A stretch of DNA of 32,000 nucleotides, taken from positions 60,001-92,000 of the forward strand of contig NC_000962.3 in assembly GCF_000195955.2 (NCBI RefSeq), given 5' to 3'. The number at the start of each line of letters is the position of its first letter. The first letter of the stretch is position 1. The position numbers and the translations under genes were made by a program. This DNA comes from Mycobacterium tuberculosis H37Rv (GTDB lineage Bacteria > Actinomycetota > Actinomycetes > Mycobacteriales > Mycobacteriaceae). The notes under the pieces are model-generated. The model was not told the origin of the DNA and searched no databases. It worked only from the letters and a program-made list of their open reading frames with translations. Below are positions 8,620 to 20,219 of this stretch, one piece after another.

Positions 8620-11559
8620 ATGGAGACAGGTTCGCCGGGAAAACGTCCGGTCTTGCCCAAGCGTGCCCGCCTGCTGGTGACGGCAGGCATGGGCATGCTC
8701 GCGTTGCTGCTGTTTGGACCCCGGCTAGTCGATATTTACGTTGACTGGTTGTGGTTTGGTGAGGTCGGTTTCCGCAGCGTCTGGATCACGGTACTGCTGA
8801 CCCGCCTGGCGATTGTCGCAGCGGTCGCACTTGTGGTGGCCGGCATTGTGCTTGCTGCCCTACTGCTGGCGTATCGCTCGCGGCCGTTCTTTGTACCCGA
8901 CGAGCCGCAGCGGGACCCGGTCGCGCCACTTCGCAGCGCGGTGATGCGCCGGCCGCGCCTGTTCGGGTGGGGCATCGCCGTCACGCTCGGTGTGGTGTGC
9001 GGGCTGATCGCTTCGTTCGACTGGGTGAAGGTTCAGTTGTTCGTACACGGGGGCACCTTTGGCATCGTGGACCCCGAATTCGGCTATGACATTGGGTTTT
9101 TCGTCTTCGATCTGCCGTTCTACCGGTCGGTGCTGAACTGGCTGTTCGTGGCCGTGGTTCTGGCGTTTCTAGCGAGCCTGTTGACGCATTACCTGTTCGG
9201 CGGCCTTCGGCTGACAACCGGCAGAGGCATGCTGACCCAGGCAGCTCGCGTTCAACTCGCAGTGTTCGCCGGCGCGGTTGTACTGCTGAAGGCGGTTGCC
9301 TACTGGTTGGATCGCTATGAGCTGTTGTCGAGTGGACGTAAGGAGCCGACCTTCACCGGCGCCGGCTACACCGATATCCACGCCGAGCTGCCGGCCAAGC
9401 TTGTGCTGGTGGCGATTGCGGTATTGTGTGCGGTGTCATTCTTTACCGCGATCTTTTTGCGCGACTTGAGGATTCCGGCGATGGCCGCCGCACTGCTGGT
9501 GCTGTCGGCGATCCTGGTCGGTGGACTGTGGCCGCTGCTGATGGAGCAGTTCTCGGTGCGTCCCAACGCCGCCGATGTCGAACGCCCATATATCCAACGC
9601 AACATCGAAGCGACCCGCGAGGCGTATCGGATCGGTGGCGATTGGGTCCAGTACCGTAGCTATCCGGGCATCGGTACCAAACAGCCGCGCGACGTGCCCG
9701 TGGATGTCACCACGATTGCCAAGGTGCGGCTGTTGGACCCGCATATCCTGTCCCGAACCTTCACCCAGCAACAGCAGCTCAAGAATTTCTTTAGCTTCGC
9801 CGAGATACTCGACATCGATCGCTATCGCATCGACGGTGAGCTGCAGGACTACATCGTCGGCGTCCGGGAGCTCTCGCCGAAAAGCCTCACCGGCAATCAG
9901 ACCGACTGGATCAACAAACACACCGTCTACACGCATGGCAACGGCTTCGTGGCCGCCCCGGCCAATCGGGTGAACGCGGCGGCCCGCGGTGCCGAGAATA
10001 TTTCCGACAGCAACAGCGGGTACCCGATATACGCCGTCAGTGACATCGCGTCGCTGGGTTCTGGGCGCCAGGTCATCCCGGTCGAGCAGCCACGGGTCTA
10101 CTACGGCGAGGTGATCGCCCAGGCCGATCCGGACTACGCGATCGTGGGCGGAGCCCCGGGGTCCGCGCCGCGCGAGTATGACACCGACACGTCCAAGTAC
10201 ACCTATACCGGCGCCGGGGGTGTGTCGATCGGAAACTGGTTCAACCGCACGGTGTTTGCCACCAAGGTCGCCCAGCACAAGTTCCTGTTCTCCCGGGAGA
10301 TCGGCTCGGAGTCGAAGGTGTTGATCCATCGCGACCCGAAGGAACGGGTGCAACGCGTGGCGCCGTGGTTGACCACCGACGACAACCCCTATCCGGTGGT
10401 GGTGAACGGGCGGATCGTCTGGATCGTCGACGCCTACACCACCTTGGACACCTATCCGTACGCACAACGCAGCTCGCTCGAGGGCCCGGTGACCAGCCCG
10501 ACCGGCATTGTGCGGCAAGGCAAGCAGGTGTCGTACGTGCGTAACTCCGTCAAGGCAACCGTGGACGCCTACGACGGAACCGTAACGCTGTTTCAGTTCG
10601 ATCGAGACGACCCGGTGCTGCGGACCTGGATGCGTGCCTTTCCCGGAACCGTCAAGTCCGAAGACCAGATTCCCGACGAGTTGCGTGCCCACTTCCGTTA
10701 TCCGGAGGACCTTTTCGAGGTCCAACGTAGCTTGCTGGCCAAGTATCATGTCGACGAACCGCGAGAGTTCTTCACCACCAACGCCTTCTGGTCGGTGCCC
10801 AGCGACCCGACCAACAACGCTAACGCCACTCAACCGCCGTTCTACGTCCTCGTCGGCGACCAGCAGAGCGCCCAGCCGTCCTTCCGGTTGGCGTCGGCGA
10901 TGGTTGGCTACAACCGCGAATTCCTCTCCGCGTACATCTCGGCGCACTCGGATCCGGCGAACTACGGCAAGCTGACCGTGCTGGAGTTACCCACCGACAC
11001 CCTGACCCAAGGCCCGCAACAAATTCAGAACTCGATGATCTCCGACACTCGGGTCGCCTCCGAGCGCACCCTGCTGGAACGGTCAAACCGGATTCACTAC
11101 GGCAACCTCTTGTCGCTGCCGATCGCCGACGGCGGCGTGCTCTATGTGGAACCGCTCTACACCGAGCGGATCTCGACAAGCCCGAGCAGTTCGACTTTCC
11201 CGCAACTTTCCCGGGTGCTGGTCAGCGTGCGTGAACCCCGCACCGAGGGCGGGGTCCGGGTCGGGTACGCACCGACCCTGGCCGAATCTTTGGATCAGGT
11301 ATTTGGGCCCGGCACCGGTCGGGTCGCCACCGCTCGCGGCGGTGATGCCGCCAGCGCGCCACCGCCGGGAGCCGGCGGGCCGGCACCGCCGCAGGCCGTA
11401 CCGCCACCGAGAACGACCCAACCGCCGGCCGCCCCGCCCCGGGGGCCGGACGTCCCCCCCGCGACGGTGGCCGAACTGCGGGAAACGCTGGCCGATCTGC
11501 GCGCGGTGCTCGACCGGTTAGAGAAGGCCATCGATGCCGCCGAAACGCCCGGTGGATAA
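8620..11559 (+). CDS. UPF0182-family large integral membrane protein
   Basis: 979 aa with several N-terminal TM segments, a large soluble domain (GGDWVQYRSYPGIG, WIVDAYTTLDTYPYAQR) and a proline-rich C-terminus. Confidence 0.93.
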   Translation: METGSPGKRPVLPKRARLLVTAGMGMLALLLFGPRLVDIYVDWLWFGEVGFRSVWITVLLTRLAIVAAVALVVAGIVLAALLLAYRSRPFFVPDEPQRDPVAPLRSAVMRRPRLFGWGIAVTLGVVCGLIASFDWVKVQLFVHGGTFGIVDPEFGYDIGFFVFDLPFYRSVLNWLFVAVVLAFLASLLTHYLFGGLRLTTGRGMLTQAARVQLAVFAGAVVLLKAVAYWLDRYELLSSGRKEPTFTGAGYTDIHAELPAKLVLVAIAVLCAVSFFTAIFLRDLRIPAMAAALLVLSAILVGGLWPLLMEQFSVRPNAADVERPYIQRNIEATREAYRIGGDWVQYRSYPGIGTKQPRDVPVDVTTIAKVRLLDPHILSRTFTQQQQLKNFFSFAEILDIDRYRIDGELQDYIVGVRELSPKSLTGNQTDWINKHTVYTHGNGFVAAPANRVNAAARGAENISDSNSGYPIYAVSDIASLGSGRQVIPVEQPRVYYGEVIAQADPDYAIVGGAPGSAPREYDTDTSKYTYTGAGGVSIGNWFNRTVFATKVAQHKFLFSREIGSESKVLIHRDPKERVQRVAPWLTTDDNPYPVVVNGRIVWIVDAYTTLDTYPYAQRSSLEGPVTSPTGIVRQGKQVSYVRNSVKATVDAYDGTVTLFQFDRDDPVLRTWMRAFPGTVKSEDQIPDELRAHFRYPEDLFEVQRSLLAKYHVDEPREFFTTNAFWSVPSDPTNNANATQPPFYVLVGDQQSAQPSFRLASAMVGYNREFLSAYISAHSDPANYGKLTVLELPTDTLTQGPQQIQNSMISDTRVASERTLLERSNRIHYGNLLSLPIADGGVLYVEPLYTERISTSPSSSTFPQLSRVLVSVREPRTEGGVRVGYAPTLAESLDQVFGPGTGRVATARGGDAASAPPPGAGGPAPPQAVPPPRTTQPPAAPPRGPDVPPATVAELRETLADLRAVLDRLEKAIDAAETPGG

Positions 11560-11588
11560 GCCGGCATTCTTAGCCGGTGAACTCCGCT

Positions 11589-11828
11589 ATGGCTACCATT
11601 CAAGTTCGGGATTTGCCCGAAGATGTCGCCGAAACCTATCGACGGCGCGCCACCGCAGCGGGGCAGTCGCTGCAGACGTATATGCGCACCAAGCTCATCG
11701 AAGGGGTGCGGGGCCGAGACAAGGCCGAGGCAATCGAGATCCTGGAACAGGCGCTCGCCAGCACTGCCAGCCCAGGCATCAGCCGGGAGACCATCGAGGC
11801 ATCCCGGCGGGAGCTCAGGGGTGGATGA
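11589..11828 (+). CDS. vapB1: VapB-type antitoxin
   Basis: 79 aa, MATIQVRDLPEDVAETYRRRATAAGQSLQTYMRTKLIE, typical FitA/VapB RHH-like. Overlaps vapC by 8 nt. Confidence 0.9.
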   Translation: MATIQVRDLPEDVAETYRRRATAAGQSLQTYMRTKLIEGVRGRDKAEAIEILEQALASTASPGISRETIEASRRELRGG

Positions 11829-12222
11829 ATGTGTAGTCGACGCGGCGGCCGTGGTTGACGCTCTCGCCGGCAAGGGCGCCAGCGCGATCGTTCTGCGCGG
11901 TTTGCTCAAGGAGTCGATTTCTAACGCGCCGCATTTGCTGGACGCAGAGGTCGGACATGCACTCCGCCGCGCCGTGCTCAGCGACGAAATCTCCGAAGAG
12001 CAGGCTCGCGCCGCGTTGGATGCCTTGCCTTATCTCATCGACAATCGTTACCCGCACAGCCCACGACTGATCGAATACACATGGCAGCTAAGGCACAACG
12101 TCACGTTCTACGACGCCCTTTACGTCGCACTGGCCACCGCACTGGATGTCCCGCTGCTCACGGGCGACTCGCGGCTTGCGGCCGCGCCGGGCCTTCCGTG
12201 CGAAATCAAACTCGTTCGGTGA
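11821..12222 (+). CDS. vapC1: VapC-type PIN-domain toxin
   Basis: 133 aa from GTG 11821. VVDAAAVVDAL, EVGHALRR, TFYDALYVALATALDVPLLTGDSRLA are PIN-domain acidic motifs. Confidence 0.92.
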   Translation: MDECVVDAAAVVDALAGKGASAIVLRGLLKESISNAPHLLDAEVGHALRRAVLSDEISEEQARAALDALPYLIDNRYPHSPRLIEYTWQLRHNVTFYDALYVALATALDVPLLTGDSRLAAAPGLPCEIKLVR

Positions 12223-12273
12223 CATCCCTTTGCGGGACGCCAATGGCGCCGTCGTAGCCGGGCCAGCCCGTCG

Positions 12274-14511
<2,238 letters not shown>

Positions 14512-14628
14512 GGTGTTCTCCCGGCGTCACTGTCGGTCAGATGCTGAATCACTCCGCGTTGTAGCGGCGGTTACCAGTATCGCGGATTGCGCCGCACATG
14601 ATTCGGGCGGTGTTCTGCGCGACGACGA

Positions 14629-15198
14629 TCACTTTCTGTTTGCCCGAAGGCCGTCGAGGGCGACGTCGGTCACCTTTGCGGCCAACTCAGCGTTGTAGCT
14701 CTGCATCGCTTGGCAGCCGACTAGGAGCGTCTTGACTTCAAGCACGTCTACGTCCGGCCGTACGGTGCCGGCGCGCTGGGCGGCGCGCAACAGGTCGGTG
14801 AGCAGGTCCAAGAAATCTGCCTCGGCTTCCGGGGCCGCGCTGCTGATTTCAATCCCGACGCCGGCCAGCGCCTCGACCAGGCCGCGATCGGTGGCGCCCC
14901 ACTGCAATACCATCGACCGCAGGAATGCAAACAGCGCGTCGCCGGGATGCTTGGATTTGAGCAGGGCATGTCCCTTGTCGATGATGCGGTGCATCCGGTC
15001 GGCGATCACCGCCTGAAACAGCGCCTCCTTGGTCGGGAAATGCCGGTATACCGTGCCTGCGCCGACTCCGGCGCGCCGAGCGATCTCGTCAACGGGCACC
15101 GATAGACCGTCGGCCGCAAAGGTTTGGTAGGCAACCTCCAATACGCGTGCCCGGTTACGGGCCGCGTCGGCACGCACCCGCCGGTCAGTAGGAGCCAA
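14629..15198 (-). CDS. TetR-family transcriptional regulator
   Basis: N-terminal HTH: NRARVLEVAYQTFAADGLSVPVDEIARRAGVGAGTVYRHFPTKEALF. Confidence 0.93.
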   Translation of the reverse strand: MAPTDRRVRADAARNRARVLEVAYQTFAADGLSVPVDEIARRAGVGAGTVYRHFPTKEALFQAVIADRMHRIIDKGHALLKSKHPGDALFAFLRSMVLQWGATDRGLVEALAGVGIEISSAAPEAEADFLDLLTDLLRAAQRAGTVRPDVDVLEVKTLLVGCQAMQSYNAELAAKVTDVALDGLRANRK

Positions 15199-15251
15199 GT
15201 CGTACCTCCGAAAGCCTTGACAAAGCGGGGCGCGCGTTCCGTATAGTTCGG

Positions 15252-15277
15252 CTAAGCGGAGCGCTCGCCCCGCTTAG
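15252..15277. promoter_or_regulatory. Candidate TetR operator between the divergent Rv0067c-like and Rv0068-like genes
   Basis: Perfect inverted repeat CTAAGCGG-(N10: AGCGCTCGCC)-CCGCTTAG, 26 bp in total, in the divergent intergenic region. Confidence 0.65.
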
Positions 15278-15300
15278 TCAAAGCATAGCGAGGAGCCCTC

Positions 15301-16212
15301 ATGACCAAATGGACTGCCGCCGACATTCCTGACCAGACCGGCCGGACCGCCGTCATCACGGGGGCCAACACCGGACTTGGATTCGAGACCGCCGCAGCGC
15401 TTGCCGCCCATGGTGCACACGTGGTGCTGGCTGTGCGCAACCTCGACAAGGGCAAGCAGGCGGCGGCACGCATCACCGAGGCCACCCCCGGCGCCGAAGT
15501 AGAGCTTCAGGAGCTTGACCTGACCTCGCTGGCGTCGGTGCGCGCCGCCGCGGCACAGCTGAAGTCTGACCACCAGCGCATCGACCTGCTGATCAACAAC
15601 GCCGGGGTGATGTATACACCCCGACAGACCACAGCAGACGGCTTCGAGATGCAGTTCGGCACCAACCACTTGGGCCATTTCGCGTTGACCGGCCTGTTGA
15701 TTGATCGACTGCTGCCCGTCGCCGGTTCACGAGTGGTCACCATCAGCAGCGTCGGCCATCGCATCCGTGCCGCAATCCATTTCGACGACCTCCAGTGGGA
15801 ACGCCGGTACAGGCGGGTCGCCGCCTACGGCCAAGCCAAGCTCGCCAACCTGCTGTTCACTTATGAACTTCAGCGTCGGTTAGCACCGGGCGGAACCACC
15901 ATCGCGGTCGCGTCGCACCCGGGAGTGTCCAACACCGAAGTGGTCCGCAACATGCCACGGCCGCTCGTCGCGGTGGCGGCCATACTGGCGCCGCTGATGC
16001 AAGACGCCGAACTGGGGGCCCTGCCGACATTGCGTGCCGCCACCGATCCCGCGGTGCGCGGCGGCCAGTACTTCGGACCCGATGGCTTCGGTGAAATACG
16101 GGGCTACCCGAAGGTGGTGGCCTCCAGCGCCCAGTCTCACGACGAGCAGCTGCAGCGCCGCCTGTGGGCTGTGTCCGAAGAGCTCACCGGGGTCGTCTAT
16201 CCCGTCGGATGA
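15301..16212 (+). CDS. Short-chain dehydrogenase/reductase
   Basis: 303 aa with TAVITGANTGLGFETA, LLINNAGVM and a YGQAKLANLL (YxxxK) active site. Confidence 0.95.
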   Translation: MTKWTAADIPDQTGRTAVITGANTGLGFETAAALAAHGAHVVLAVRNLDKGKQAAARITEATPGAEVELQELDLTSLASVRAAAAQLKSDHQRIDLLINNAGVMYTPRQTTADGFEMQFGTNHLGHFALTGLLIDRLLPVAGSRVVTISSVGHRIRAAIHFDDLQWERRYRRVAAYGQAKLANLLFTYELQRRLAPGGTTIAVASHPGVSNTEVVRNMPRPLVAVAAILAPLMQDAELGALPTLRAATDPAVRGGQYFGPDGFGEIRGYPKVVASSAQSHDEQLQRRLWAVSEELTGVVYPVG

Positions 16213-16236
16213 GCCGGACTCAACGGCAACGGTTGG

Positions 16237-17622
16237 TCAACACTCGACGATGTTGACTGCGACGTTGATGGCGAGCCCGCCGGCCGAGGTTTCCTTGTAC
16301 TTGGTGTGCATGTCCGCGCCGGTGGCGCGCATGGTGTCGATGACCTGGTCGAGGGTGACGCGATGGATGCCGTCGCCGCGCAATGCCATCCGTGCGGCGT
16401 TGATGGCCTTGCCGGCGGAAATCGCGTTGCGTTCGATGCAGGGGATCTGCACCAGCCCGGCGATGGGGTCACAGGTCAGGCCGAGGCTGTGTTCCATGGC
16501 GATCTCGGCGGCGTTTTCCACTTGTCGCGGTGTGCCGCCGAGGATTTCAGCCAATCCGGCGGCGGCCATGGCGGCCGCGGAGCCGACCTCGCCCTGACAG
16601 CCGACCTCGGCTCCGGAGATCGATGCTCGCTCCTTGAACAACGATCCGATGGCTCCAGCAGTGAGCAGGAATCGCACGGTGACATCGTCGGGGTCCCCCG
16701 CGCCGGCCGACGTGTAGTGGATTGCGTAGTGCAGGACCGCCGGCACGATGCCGGCGGCACCGTTGGTCGGGGCGGTGACGACGCGCCCACCGGAGGCGTT
16801 CTCCTCGTTGACTGCCAGCGCGACCAGGTTGACCCAGTCCTCAGCGAATTCCGGCTTGCGAGTGGGGTCTTCGGCGTTCAAGCGGTCATACCACACCTTC
16901 GCTCGCCGGCGCACCCGGAGGCCGCCAGGAAGCAACCCTTCGCGAGCGATGCTCCGCTGTTCGCACTCAACCATGACGTCGCGCAGGTGCAGCAGCGCGG
17001 CGCGTACCTCGTTCTCGGTGCGGCAACATGTTTCGTTGCGCAGCGCCGCTTCGCTAATTGACACGTCGAGGCGGTCACAGATGTCCAGCAGTTCTTGGGC
17101 CGACACGTAGGGAAGGGCAACTGAGCATGGATGTTGGCCGCTGTTGCCGCTGGTCTGTTCCGTGACGATGAACCCTCCGCCCACCGAAAAATAAGTCTCG
17201 GTGGCCAAGACGCGGCCGTGTGGGCCCGCGGCAGTGAACGTCATTCCGTTGGGATGCGTTGGCAGAACGATGTCGGGATGCAGGTCGATATCACGCTCGG
17301 TCAGCGGGACCGGAATGACACCGCCGATTCGCGTCACGCCGGACGCTGCGATCTCGGCGAGCCGGCGTTCCTTGTGTTCGGTGGTAATCGTTTCTGGCTG
17401 GCAGCCTTCCAGCCCCAGCAATATCGCCGACATGGTGCCATGACCGGCTCCGGTGGCCGCGAGCGAGCCGAACAGATCCACTCGCATCGCCTCGAGGTCA
17501 TCCAGGTGGCCCCGGCGGCGCAGCGCAACTACGAACTGGTTTGCCGCGCGCATCGGTCCCACGGTGTGGGAACTGGACGGCCCGATGCCGATGGTGAACA
17601 GGTCGAAGACGCTGATGGTCAT
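16237..17622 (-). CDS. sdaA: L-serine dehydratase, single-chain type
   Basis: 461 aa from [27 protein letters not shown], with GAAGIVPAV and [27 protein letters not shown]. The ATG overlaps the glyA2 stop. Confidence 0.96.
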
Positions 17623-18896
17623 GTCCGGTGCAGTTCCGGGTAGAGCGGATAGCGTGCGGCCAGCCGCTGGACCTGGGCGCGCAGCGGACCCAGCTGGTCG
17701 TCGTTGGTGGCCGTCAGTGCCGCCGCGATGAGGTCTGCCACGGCGCGGAAGTCGTTGTGGGAGAAGCCGCGTGCGGCCAGCGCCGGGGTGCCGATTCGCA
17801 GGCCCGAGGTGATCATCGGGGGACGAGGGTCGAAGGGTACCGCGTTGCGGTTGACGGTGATGTCCACGGCGGCCAACCGGTCTTCGGCTTGCTGGCCGTC
17901 GAGTTCGGCGTCGCGCAGGTCGACTAGGACGAGGTGCACATCGGTGCCGCCGGTTAGCACCGCGATGCCACGTTCGGCGACGTCGGGCTGGGTCAACCGG
18001 CCGGCAAGGATGCGCGCGCCGTCGAGGCAACGTTGTTGGCGCTGCGCGAATTCAGGTTGTGCTGCCATCTTGAATGCGGTGGCCTTGGCTGCGATGACAT
18101 GCTCGAGCGGCCCGCCCTGCTGCCCAGGGAAGACCGCGGAATTGATCTTCTTGGCGATGGCCGGGTCATTGCACAAGATGATGCCGCCGCGGGGCCCGCC
18201 GAGCGTCTTGTGAGTGGTGGAGGTGACGACGTGGGCGTGCGGCACCGGGCTGGGGTGCACGCCAGCGGCGACCAGGCCGGCGAAATGCGCCATATCCACC
18301 ATGAGCACGGCGTCGACTTCGTCGGCGATGGCGCGGAAGCGGGCGAAATCCAGCTGGCGTGGGTACGCCGACCAGCCGGCGATGATCATTTTGGGCCGGT
18401 GTGTGCGCGCTGCCTCGGCGACGGCATCCATGTCGACCAGGTAGTCCTCTTTGGACACCTCGTAGGCGGTGGCGTGGTAGAGCTTGCCGGAAAAGTTGAT
18501 CCGCATCCCGTGGGTCAGGTGACCGCCATGAGCCAGCGACAACCCCAGGATGGTGTCGCCGGGGTTTAGCAGCGCATGCATGGTGGCGGCGTTGGCGGTG
18601 GCCCCCGAATGTGGTTGCACGTTGGCGTATTCGGCGCCAAAGAGCGCTTTGACGCGGTCGATAGCCAACTGCTCGACACCGTCGACGAATTCACAGCCAC
18701 CGTAGTAGCGCCGGCCCGGGTAGCCTTCGGCGTACTTGTTGGTCAAGACCGAACCTTGGGCCTGCATCACGGCCAGCGGTGCATAGTTCTCCGAAGCGAT
18801 CATCTCCAAGCCGGATTCTTGACGGCGCAGCTCGCCGTCGATCAGGGCGGCGATGTCCGGGTCGAAGGCGGTCAGGGAGTCGTTGAGGGTGTTCAT
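17619..18896 (-). CDS. glyA2: Serine hydroxymethyltransferase (second copy type)
   Basis: 425 aa with [39 protein letters not shown] (PLP lysine) and [16 protein letters not shown]. Confidence 0.97.
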
Positions 18897-19094
18897 CAGC
18901 TCAGTCCGGTCTGTTCGGCGTACTCGGGGGCGGTCAAGGGTGTTCCCGGAGCAATCGGCTGCCCGGCCAAATGGGCATCCGGCGGCCGCGACATCGTTTC
19001 GGCCACGGCGAGGTCGCCAACAGTTCGATCGTGCGGTTCAGACAAGGGCCAACTCCGGTTTCGACGAGCCCGGATCGCGCCGGGCTGGTTGCGC

Positions 19095-19290
19095 CCTCCC
19101 CGCTCTGTCCTGAAACCTGAGAGTCTGCGGCGTCGCATCATGGCGCCGCTCTACACCTTCGGTCAGGCACGGTCGGTGCGACCGTCCCTGTCTCCAGAGT
19201 TGCCTCGGCGGTGTGGTGCTTGGGCCTGAGAGATTCTCGGGGAGGAGATTGCTCCTACGGCGCCTCGACATGGAGGTTCTCCCACATCGC
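19095..19290 (-). promoter_or_regulatory. Tandem glycine riboswitch (two aptamers) in the 5' leader of glyA2-sdaA
   Basis: Minus-strand aptamer 1 (~19287-19183): GTGGGAGAACC...GGCGCCGTAGGAGCAA...CTCTCAGGCCCAAGCACCAC...GGCAACTCTGGAGACAGGGA. Aptamer 2 (~19180-19095): CTGACCGAAGGTGTAGA...CTCTCAGGTTTCAGGACAGAGCGGGGAGG. Both carry glycine-riboswitch consensus elements. Confidence 0.88.
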
Positions 19291-19320
19291 GTCAGCGGCT
19301 GTTCGATTGTGACGGAAAGC

Positions 19321-19350
19321 AACATACACACCACGCATGTGTTTTGTCAC
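19321..19350 (-). promoter_or_regulatory. Candidate promoter for the riboswitch-glyA2-sdaA transcript
   Basis: On the minus strand: GTGACA (19350-19345), 18-nt spacer, TATGTT (19326-19321), about 35 nt upstream of aptamer 1. Confidence 0.4.
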
Positions 19351-19479
19351 CCTGCGGTCGGTGGTAGTCGGACGGCCCAATCAGACAGCGCGGGTCATAT
19401 CACGCGTTCGTGCACAGTTGGGTGTTTATCCACAGGGGTGCGTTTGTCGGCGGCTGGCGGGGCGTGGCGGCGATAGCAT

Positions 19480-19495
19480 TCGAATATGAGTTCGA
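19480..19495 (+). promoter_or_regulatory. Near-consensus mycobacterial LexA/SOS box overlapping the Rv0071-like start codon
   Basis: TCGAATATGAGTTCGA versus TCGAAC-N4-GTTCGA: one mismatch (C to T in the left arm). ATG 19486 lies inside the box. Confidence 0.6.
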
Positions 19496-20193
19496 TCACG
19501 GTGTCGGTGGACCCGGTGGACCCGGTGGACCCGGTGGACCCGGTGGACCCGGTGGACGCCGTGGTCGCCGCGGGATCAGACGGGCTCACTGTGGCCCGCA
19601 TCGAGTCCGAGATCGGGGCCTTGGAGTTCCTGAACGAACTGCGCACTGAACTCAAGAGTGGACAGTTTCGACCTCAACCGGTGCGGGAACGCAAGATCCC
19701 CAAACCGGGCGGGTTGGGCAAGGTACGGCGGCTGGGGATTCCCACAGTGGCCGACCGGGTCGTTCAGGCGGCGTTGAAACTGGTGCTAGAACCCATCTTT
19801 GAGACCGACTTCGAGCCGGTCTCCTACGGGTTTCGGCCCGCGCGACGCGCGCACGACACGATCGCTGAGATTCACTTGTTCGGCACCCAGGAGTATCGCT
19901 GGGTGCTCGACGCTGATATCAAGGCGTGCTTTGACCGCATCGACCACGCGGACCTGATGGACCGGGTGCGTCACCGGATCAAAGACAAGCGGGTGTTGCG
20001 GCTGGTGAACTGGCAGCGCATTCGGCATCGCTGGAATTGGACCGACGTCCGCCGCTGGCTCACCGACCCCACCGGGCGGTGGCACCCCATCAGCGCGGAC
20101 GGGATCACCCTGTTTAACCCCGCCGCGGTGCCCATTCGGCGATACCGCTATCGGGGCAACACGATCCCCACTCCCTGGACTCAGGCTGTCTGA
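19486..20193 (+). CDS. Truncated or internally deleted group II intron reverse transcriptase/maturase (Rv0071-like)
   Basis: RT N-terminal blocks (RKIPKPGGLGKVRRLGIPTVADRVVQAALKLVLEPIFETDFEPVSYGFRPARRAHD; VLDADIKACFDRIDH) join directly to a C-terminal segment (WRHRWNWTDVRR-like, GRWHPISADGITLFNPAAVPIRRYRYRGNTIPTPW). The catalytic YADD region is absent. Confidence 0.85.
   Translation: MSSITVSVDPVDPVDPVDPVDPVDAVVAAGSDGLTVARIESEIGALEFLNELRTELKSGQFRPQPVRERKIPKPGGLGKVRRLGIPTVADRVVQAALKLVLEPIFETDFEPVSYGFRPARRAHDTIAEIHLFGTQEYRWVLDADIKACFDRIDHADLMDRVRHRIKDKRVLRLVNWQRIRHRWNWTDVRRWLTDPTGRWHPISADGITLFNPAAVPIRRYRYRGNTIPTPWTQAV
19507..19560 (+). repeat. 9-bp in-frame tandem repeat (VNTR-like), unit GTGGACCCG
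   Basis: Five perfect copies (19507-19551) plus one diverged copy GTGGACGCC (19552-19560), encoding (VDP)x5-VDA. Confidence 0.97.
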
Positions 20194-20219
20194 ACCACCC
20201 CATCGGCAGATTCCGTGAA

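Noticed and set aside
9436-10947. 503-aa minus-strand ORF opposite the UPF0182 gene
   Set aside because: It is a GC-rich shadow ORF on the antisense of a well-supported membrane protein. Its content is Arg/Gly/Val/His-rich without recognisable motifs.
11380-11560. Pro-rich tail of the UPF0182 protein as a separate repeat or PE/PPE element
   Set aside because: It is an irregular PPPG/PPR-rich tail contiguous with the membrane protein and has no PE/PPE start motif.
17622-18030. N-terminal extension of sdaA listed in the ORF track (to 18030)
   Set aside because: The extension is Arg/His/Gly-rich and overlaps glyA2 by over 400 nt. The conserved protein starts at [23 protein letters not shown], giving a normal 4-nt overlap.
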